Assembly: GCA_051439505.1 (NCBI GenBank)
Contig: JBFRWI010000232.1
Location: forward strand, 1 to 45,306
Origin: Hormoscilla sp.
GTDB taxonomy: Bacteria; Cyanobacteriota; Cyanobacteriia; Cyanobacteriales; Desertifilaceae
Length of the DNA: 45,306 nt
Reading direction: 5' to 3'
Of the stretch, positions 39,020 to 45,306 are shown piece after piece (within the stretch, counting starts at the first letter, position 1; every line of letters begins with the position of its first letter). The notes beneath the pieces were generated by a model. The model was not told where the DNA came from, did no database searches, and worked only from the letters and a program-made list of their open reading frames with translations. Made by a program: the position numbers and the translations under genes.

Positions 39020-40087
39020 CTAGGATAGGCCACAAGAGCTGTCCAGATTTTCCTCATTTTCTGACTGCTCAACTAGAAGCGGTCGAAATCCATGCTTAAC
39101 TGACAGCTTGCCAATCTGCTCCATCTTTTCTACCGTAATCTGATTGCGTCCCCAAGAGAAGTTGGTGTACAATTTCTCAAACTCCAGCAGCATCGACTCC
39201 GCAAAACAGGCGAACATCTGACGTCCTGGCACGTCCATCCTGACGATCTTCATAATCTTCCAATCTATATCCAGGGAATGCTCCACTATGCCACCCTTGA
39301 GCACATGTACTCCTGGATGAGATATTTTCGTGCCCATGTTTTTCGGATAGCCCCCATCTATCACCAGGCATGGTTGCTTCAATTGCTTGGGGTCAATTTC
39401 CACACCCTTGGGCATACTGGCCACCCAAACTATAATATCAGCCTGGGGTAGGGCCTCTTCTAATCCCATAATTTCGCCTCGTCCCAAGTCTGACTGTAAA
39501 GCTTGCAGTCGTTCTTCGTTGCGGGCGATCAGCAGTAATTCTTTCGCATCTGTCTTTTTATTTAGCCACCGACAGACTGCACTGCCAATGTCCCCCGTAG
39601 CACCGCAAACCGCTACCGTTGCACCAGACAGTTCTATTCCTAGCTGCGCCGATGCCTGTTCTACCTGACGGCAAATAATATAAGCTGTGTGGGTGTTTCC
39701 CGTGGTGAAGCGATCGAACTCTAGCTGAATATTCCGGACTTGCCTGTGCTTGTGCAGGTTCAACTCTTCAAATACGATCGAGGAAAATCCTCCCAGAGCT
39801 GTAATATTAATGCCATGTTTTTGGGCATGAGCCATGGCATTGAGGATTTTTCTCATCGCCGCCTTGATCCGGCGAGAAGCTAGCATCTCTGGCAGAAAGC
39901 ATGATTCCACGTACCGACCTTCGATGATTTGACCCGTGATGCTAGTGACTTTTATATTGTCTACTATTTGGGGCGGCGCCGAGCACCAGAAATCTAGCCC
40001 TTGGTCGGCATATTCCGGGTAGCCCAAGTCTCTGGCGACTTCTTGGGCATGTTCCAAACTGGTAAGGTGACCTATAAGACCGAACAT
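39020..40087 (-). CDS. aar: Long-chain acyl-ACP reductase
   Basis: [50 protein letters not shown]. Confidence 0.97.
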   Translation of the reverse strand: MFGLIGHLTSLEHAQEVARDLGYPEYADQGLDFWCSAPPQIVDNIKVTSITGQIIEGRYVESCFLPEMLASRRIKAAMRKILNAMAHAQKHGINITALGGFSSIVFEELNLHKHRQVRNIQLEFDRFTTGNTHTAYIICRQVEQASAQLGIELSGATVAVCGATGDIGSAVCRWLNKKTDAKELLLIARNEERLQALQSDLGRGEIMGLEEALPQADIIVWVASMPKGVEIDPKQLKQPCLVIDGGYPKNMGTKISHPGVHVLKGGIVEHSLDIDWKIMKIVRMDVPGRQMFACFAESMLLEFEKLYTNFSWGRNQITVEKMEQIGKLSVKHGFRPLLVEQSENEENLDSSCGLS

Positions 40088-40192
40088 GTAATGAATAGCG
40101 TCTTTTCTAAACCGTAATTGCGTAATCGCACGAACTATCTTTTTCATTATCGCCGCTCGGCACAGACCGAGCGGCTGTCTTTTCCCCTGCTT

Positions 40193-40912
40193 CTATGCTG
40201 GTACCAAACCGTAGGCTGACATCCGCATTATCTCGCCGGTGCTAAATCCTATATTAGCCAGGGCTTCTCCGTAGGCGATCATGAAGTCCTCTATCAGGGC
40301 TTCTTTTTCCATTCCCAACTGGCGGGCGTCCTCTGTGACTTTGTTGAGCATTTTCCAGACCAGGGGCAGATTTTGCCGATTTGCTGCTTGCAGTTCTGCT
40401 TTTGCTTCAGCAAAGTGGGCTTTCAGCCATTCTTCCCCGAAGTTAAGGTGCATATACTCGTCCTTAACTACCCCTTCTGTGATTTTACGCGCAAAGGGGT
40501 CGGCCACGGGGATGTAGATATTGTAGGCCGCGATCGCGAAGCATTCGATAATCAGGGATTGAATCAGAAGGCAGGTAACTACCTTACCATCTGCCATGGC
40601 GTCTTGGAAGTTCTGGTGCAATTCGCTAAAATATTCTTTAGCGAATACCATGTCTGGCGTCACCCCCAGATTATTGCCACAGGCGCTAAAACCTTTTTTG
40701 TGACGACCTTCCATCTTGGACAGCTTGATCAGCTCATCTTTATGGTCTGGTAGCAGTTCACCCAGGTTGATGTAATTTTCCTTGGCCTCCTCTTCCCCTT
40801 CGATCACGATCGCGTTGATCCGGCTGTAGGCGTCTTTGTATATGTCGCTCTGGAAGTCTAGCGTGCTGATTTCTTGTTCCGTGCTGACTGCTTGTTCTGC
40901 TAGCTGCACCAT
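40193..40912 (-). CDS. ado: Aldehyde-deformylating oxygenase
   Basis: [36 protein letters not shown]. Confidence 0.97.
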   Translation of the reverse strand: MVQLAEQAVSTEQEISTLDFQSDIYKDAYSRINAIVIEGEEEAKENYINLGELLPDHKDELIKLSKMEGRHKKGFSACGNNLGVTPDMVFAKEYFSELHQNFQDAMADGKVVTCLLIQSLIIECFAIAAYNIYIPVADPFARKITEGVVKDEYMHLNFGEEWLKAHFAEAKAELQAANRQNLPLVWKMLNKVTEDARQLGMEKEALIEDFMIAYGEALANIGFSTGEIMRMSAYGLVPA

Positions 40913-41119
40913 AAGGATCTTCTCTCCTGGATTATGATAAACATCGATTATTTACTATGCCAACCCGTCCAGTGGGCTTGATTTACTGTAATTTAACTTA
41001 TCCCCATGTGAGTGGTATCCTCTGTTCCTTAAATACTTTCTATCTATATGATAAGTCTAGCCGAAGGAGAGATGCTACAATCGCCCGGCTCGCCACTATC
41101 GACCATATTATACAGCATT

Positions 41120-42157
41120 TCACATATCTTGGTGGGAGTCCGAGAGGATTTGCAGGCGGACAGTGCGATCGCCCCCTTCTTCCAAGGGTACTTCCATCAC
41201 TTCCCCCGTCAGTATACCCAAGCTGTTGAGCAGCGATCGCAGATGGGGGGTAGAAGCGCCTGTCTCTACATATACCCTATCTGCCAGATTGCCCAAACGT
41301 TTCCAGGTGCTGTATAGCTTGACTATAGTTTGCTCCAGTTGGGTAGCTTGCTTCACCATGTCTGAAGCTGTATTCAGACAACCCAGGCGCAGGGCTTCTT
41401 CTAAGGCCATTTCCATGTCTACGGGGGCATTGTTTAATGCTTGCACTTGGGCTGCTGCGTCCAGATATTTGGCTAGGTTGCGAGCTTCTGAGGTCATCTG
41501 CTTGACGGTATCCACATCTGGATGCTCGGCCACTTCTGATTTTATCGCATGCAGGTGAGACTCTGGTAGCTTCTCCAATTCTTTGACCAGGGGTGCTAGG
41601 TGACGGGTCGGCAATGAACCGGCAGTCGCCTGTTCTTTAACTTCTGCTGGTAGCAAGTCGGAGGACATGGCTGTCCATTCGTCTGCTAGCTGCCGGACCT
41701 CTCGGCGGGTAATGCGATCGCCTCTTTGGGCGGCATCGGTGACTAGCTGTTGCACTTCGGGGTCTGATTTGGCCGTTTCCACAAAGGCCCGTTTGCTGAA
41801 GTTGTTGATCGCCTCTGGATCCAGATTACCTTCACTCAAGAGGGTATCGGCACTATTGGCCAGTTGAATCAAGGCATAAGCTTGGCTTTTGGTAATATCC
41901 CGCTGCTTGAGCCAGTTGAGAAATCCGCGTCCCCGTCCGTCGCCGCCGATTTTCTCTCGGTCCCGGATGGTCCGCAGGATCCGCCCCCGCCAGATGTCCG
42001 TTTGCAGGTCGAAGCGATCGCACACCTGCCAAGCGGACTCCAACTGGTGCTGAAACGATTCGTCAGAAATCTCTTCATCCTCTGGATCTGGCAGATGGAA
42101 ATCTAGTTGGGGTTGGTTCTTCAGGATTTCGGCAAGGTCGGTTACAGGCTGATCCAT
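41120..42157 (-). CDS. Conserved cyanobacterial hypothetical protein
   Basis: AWQVCDRFDLQTDIWRGRILR...FSKRAFVETA; start moved to MDQPV to avoid overlap with the upstream gene. Confidence 0.8.
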   Translation of the reverse strand: MDQPVTDLAEILKNQPQLDFHLPDPEDEEISDESFQHQLESAWQVCDRFDLQTDIWRGRILRTIRDREKIGGDGRGRGFLNWLKQRDITKSQAYALIQLANSADTLLSEGNLDPEAINNFSKRAFVETAKSDPEVQQLVTDAAQRGDRITRREVRQLADEWTAMSSDLLPAEVKEQATAGSLPTRHLAPLVKELEKLPESHLHAIKSEVAEHPDVDTVKQMTSEARNLAKYLDAAAQVQALNNAPVDMEMALEEALRLGCLNTASDMVKQATQLEQTIVKLYSTWKRLGNLADRVYVETGASTPHLRSLLNSLGILTGEVMEVPLEEGGDRTVRLQILSDSHQDM

Positions 42158-42231
42158 CGGCAATCCACAGACAACGGCAGACTCATTATCACATATTCTC
42201 AGTCGTCCGGGACGTAGGGCGGACGCCAGAT

Positions 42232-42750
42232 TTAGAATAATTGGCCCAAGATGTTTACCACCAGTGCGATAATCGTGATGCTCAAGGTCGCTGCACCCAC
42301 CACCACTAGACCTAACCCTGCCAACAGCAGGAACACGAACCACCTGTCTGCTTTTTTGCTGGGCAGTGGGGATTTCATATGGGATTCTATCAGTTCCATA
42401 TTCTTGGCATTGGCTTTCCAGGCTACATCAAACAGGTCCCCCACCACTGGTACTGTGCCAGCTAGGGTGTCCAGGATCAGGTTAGTCACCATTCTTACTA
42501 GGCTTTCTTTGGGTAGGCCCAATCGCGCTGCTTCTACTACCATATAACCAGAGAAAATCGAGCTAATGAAATCTCCACCTCCGGGCAGTAGCCCCAGCAG
42601 TGGGTCTATCCCTACACCATAGTTTGTACCTGGAATGGAAACGGCGTTATCCAGCAGACGGCTGATGCTGCGCAGGCGATCGAGACTTGCTTGCTTGCGG
42701 TCTGGTTGTCCGGGAGTTGACTGGGGAGATTTCTGGGGAGGCTGCACCAT
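42232..42750 (-). CDS. DUF4112-domain membrane protein
   Basis: LLDNAVSIPGT..GIDPLLGLLPGGGD, VPVVGDLFDVAWKANAKN. Confidence 0.93.
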   Translation of the reverse strand: MVQPPQKSPQSTPGQPDRKQASLDRLRSISRLLDNAVSIPGTNYGVGIDPLLGLLPGGGDFISSIFSGYMVVEAARLGLPKESLVRMVTNLILDTLAGTVPVVGDLFDVAWKANAKNMELIESHMKSPLPSKKADRWFVFLLLAGLGLVVVGAATLSITIIALVVNILGQLF

Positions 42751-42828
42751 TGGTATATCCTTTGTCTTAGTTACTGAGACCGATTGCTTTGACAATATCT
42801 ATCTTTTACTATTAGAATTTGCTTCTGT

Positions 42829-42975
42829 CAAGGGCGATCGCCTTTCTACCCCCACCATAAATAGTAGGGCTACAAGAACCAAGCCCGCCTGCGCGGGCTG
42901 CCAAGGGCGATCGCCTCTCTACCCCCACCATAAATGGTAGGGCTACAAGAACCAAGCCCGCCTGCGCGGGCTGCC
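42829..42975. repeat. 73-bp tandem duplication (HIP1 + GCCCGCCTGCGCGGGC hairpin)
   Basis: Units start at 42829 and 42902 and differ at about two positions. Confidence 0.9.
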
Positions 42976-43012
42976 GATGACAACTATTAGATATTTTTAG
43001 TTGCTAGTAAAT

Positions 43013-43426
43013 ATGGAAACTTTGGCTTATACTCATTTATGTTGGGACATGGAAGATGAGCAAGTCCTGGGGCCAGTTCGCCAGCAGGTTAACTCATATG
43101 TAGGAGTGATGTTAGTGGCGATCGCCTTACTGATGATCCCTGTGGAATTACTCTTTCCTTCCCGACAGCCTTCGCAAGTGCAAGACTATCAAATAGATGA
43201 AATTCGCAAGCGATCGGAGTTCCAGGCTTTGCTATACTGGTTGTGCAAGCAGCCATCGGGAGAAAATCTGGCAGAACATCAGCGACAGCGTGAAGAGGTA
43301 TTGTTGATTTATGGGCTCCATGAGGTAGAATGGGAGTCATGGAGTCAACAGTGGTGCCAGGGCGATCGGCGGCAGTGGTCGAACTGGGGCGGGATATATA
43401 GAAAATTTATGGGCATGTCGCCCTAG
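43013..43426 (+). CDS. Hypothetical single-TM protein
   Basis: METLAYTHL N-terminus and one hydrophobic helix. Confidence 0.55.
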   Translation: METLAYTHLCWDMEDEQVLGPVRQQVNSYVGVMLVAIALLMIPVELLFPSRQPSQVQDYQIDEIRKRSEFQALLYWLCKQPSGENLAEHQRQREEVLLIYGLHEVEWESWSQQWCQGDRRQWSNWGGIYRKFMGMSP

Positions 43427-43469
43427 GTTGAATTAATGTTACCATAGCAAGAGTGAGAAGGAGAGAACC

Positions 43470-44771
43470 ATGAGAGTCAAGCGCTTGAGCATAAAAGGAT
43501 TTCGCGGAATTGACCAGATGACCCTGGAGTTAGATACTGACGAACCAACCGTAATCATCGGTATCAACGGCGTGGGTAAATCTAGTATTCTTGATTGTAT
43601 CTCAATTTTGCTGTCTTGGTTCACAGGAAGAATTCAAAATCAAAGCAAGAGTGCTTCTGGACGGCCATTTCAGAACGAAGATATTACGAATAAAGACAGC
43701 GAGACCCATAACGAGATTGATATTTTACATGATTCTCAGAAGGTAACTTGGTCTTTAACCAAGGCTCGGAATGGAGGTAGAAAAGATACTAGCAAGCTAA
43801 CAGAATTGGAAACAGTTGTCGAAAAGATAGATAGCCAGTTAAGCAAAGATCCTCTATTCAATCTGCCTGTAGTAATTTTTTATGCTACAAATCGTGTAGT
43901 GCTGGATATTCCGTTAAGGATTCGCAAGCAGCATTCATTTGAGCAGCAAATAGATACCTATGATGGTGCGCTTGAAAGTGGCGAACTAGACTTGAGAATA
44001 TTTTTTGAATGGTTTAGAAATCAAGAGGATATAGAAAATGAAGACAAACTAGAAGTATTCCGCCAGCAAGAATATAAAAAAGAGATAGAATATGACATGA
44101 TAAAATACAGAGATGTAGAGCTTGAAGCTGTAAGAGAAGCTATATATTCACTGATACCAGAATTTTCAAATTTGCGTGTCAGGCGTTATCCTCTCCGCAT
44201 GACTTTAGAAAAAGAAGGTGAAGAATTGATCGTCAACCAACTTTCCGATGGCGAAAAATGCTTGCTGGCAATGGTGGGAGACTTGGCAAGGCGTTTGGCA
44301 ATTGCTAACCCAGGTTTATCAGATCCACTCCAAGGCAAAGGCGTCGTTCTCATTGATGAAATTGAACTACACCTTCACCCCAAATGGCAACGGGAGATTA
44401 TTCCAGCATTGACAAGAACGTTCCCTAACTGCCAATTTATCGTCACCACCCATTCACCGCAAGTAGTCAGTCACGTTAAACCCCAGGGAATTTACATTCT
44501 GGAAAAAGAAGGTGATAAAATTGTTGCCAAGCGTCCGTCAAGTTCCTTTGGCCGAGATAGCAATCGCATTTTGGAAGACTTGATGGATGTGCCCGAACGT
44601 CCTCAAGATATCAAAGATCGTCTCCTAGATTTATTCAGACTGATCGACAAGGGGGATATTAATGGTGCTAAAGAGTTGCGCCAACAGCTTGCAAAAGAAA
44701 TTGGCACAGACGAACCAGAATTCGTCAGCGCTGATGTACTGATTCGCAGGAGGGAAATTCTCAATCGATGA
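43470..44771 (+). CDS. AAA_21/ABC-type ATPase (PtuA-like)
   Basis: Walker A GINGVGKS, signature LSDGEK, Walker B VLIDEIELHLHPKWQ, TTHSP. Confidence 0.9.
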   Translation: MRVKRLSIKGFRGIDQMTLELDTDEPTVIIGINGVGKSSILDCISILLSWFTGRIQNQSKSASGRPFQNEDITNKDSETHNEIDILHDSQKVTWSLTKARNGGRKDTSKLTELETVVEKIDSQLSKDPLFNLPVVIFYATNRVVLDIPLRIRKQHSFEQQIDTYDGALESGELDLRIFFEWFRNQEDIENEDKLEVFRQQEYKKEIEYDMIKYRDVELEAVREAIYSLIPEFSNLRVRRYPLRMTLEKEGEELIVNQLSDGEKCLLAMVGDLARRLAIANPGLSDPLQGKGVVLIDEIELHLHPKWQREIIPALTRTFPNCQFIVTTHSPQVVSHVKPQGIYILEKEGDKIVAKRPSSSFGRDSNRILEDLMDVPERPQDIKDRLLDLFRLIDKGDINGAKELRQQLAKEIGTDEPEFVSADVLIRRREILNR

Positions 44772-45169
44772 AATATATTAAGAAAGGTGAAGAACCAGAA
44801 AGCTTGACTGCATGGAAAAAACGCGCTAACGAAAACTGGATCACTACCTATGATGACCTGCGCGGACGGGAGAAAAAAGATGTTTATAACGCCTTGTTAC
44901 AAGAGCAAGGTTTTATATGTTGTTACTGCGGGATGCAAATTGAAAGAGATAAAAGAAAAACTTACCATATAGAACATCTCAAACCTCAGAGTACCCATCC
45001 CTACCTAGAACTGGAATATAGTAATATGCTAGCTTCCTGCCAAGGCGAAAGTGAAGCACCACCCCCGAAACCAGTCCATTGCGGGCATAAGAAAGATGAA
45101 TGGTATGATGAGAATATGATGATTTCGCCAATGGAAGCTAACTCTTGCATAAAATCCGGTAATTTCTGA
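44768..45169 (+). CDS. HNH endonuclease (PtuB-like), apparently C-terminally truncated
   Basis: ATGA overlap with the ATPase; MKYIKKGEEP, EQGFICCYCG, HIEHLKPQS, YSNMLASC, HCGHKK; ends soon after ISP. Confidence 0.8.
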   Translation: MKYIKKGEEPESLTAWKKRANENWITTYDDLRGREKKDVYNALLQEQGFICCYCGMQIERDKRKTYHIEHLKPQSTHPYLELEYSNMLASCQGESEAPPPKPVHCGHKKDEWYDENMMISPMEANSCIKSGNF

Positions 45170-45219
45170 CCAATGTTAAAATTATCTCCCTCGGGAAGAT
45201 GCAAGATGCAGGTCCAGGA

Positions 45220-45264
45220 GGGATTTTTTTCCAATTGGCATGACGCCAATTGGAAAAAAATCCC
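45220..45264. repeat. Perfect 20-bp inverted repeat with 5-nt loop
   Basis: GGGATTTTTTTCCAATTGGC-ATGAC-GCCAATTGGAAAAAAATCCC. Confidence 0.9.
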
Positions 45265-45306
45265 GCGCGCAGCGCTATCAGACCTACGTTAGGGGGGTCA
45301 TGACAC

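Noticed and set aside
42829..42975. Possible CRISPR or ncRNA
   Set aside because: A simple two-unit tandem duplication of a HIP1/REP-containing segment.
43427..45306. Complete retron
   Set aside because: No reverse transcriptase and no recognisable msr/msd within the window.
1..45306. High density of GCGATCGC
   Set aside because: This is the well-known cyanobacterial HIP1; useful for taxonomy but not novel.

Overview
Chromosomal window from a cyanobacterium, probably a filamentous Oscillatoriales-like one. Evidence: very dense HIP1 GCGATCGC octamers, STRR heptamer arrays, GTAG-type REP-like palindromes, a PEP-CTERM protein and the ado-aar-accA-folE alkane locus. Housekeeping genes (birA, pgeF, queD, ribE, folE, accA, aar, ado, YaaW, O-antigen ligase) are interleaved with accessory material. 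The most interesting block is a co-oriented minus-strand cluster at ~18.7-32.3 kb. It encodes a ParB-like protein, a fused E1-like/YcaO cyclodehydratase, an amidohydrolase, an exported CxxCH protein, a 207-aa protein with nitrile-hydratase-leader (NHLP)-like motifs and a ~2000-aa Ser/Thr kinase-AAA-GAF-His kinase-receiver. This looks like an atypical YcaO RiPP or protein-modification system possibly coupled to signalling (inference). Other oddities: a MITE translated in frame inside the kinase, an 11-bp-phased ATGACT array between an HTH/degenerate-nuclease gene and a PEP-CTERM gene, an isopentenyl-phosphate-kinase-like gene, a persulfide dioxygenase-DUF442 fusion with YeeE/YedE genes, a FolE with Ser at a zinc-ligand Cys position, and a Septu-like ATPase/HNH pair with an apparently truncated HNH. 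All calls come from motif recognition by eye; no searches were run.
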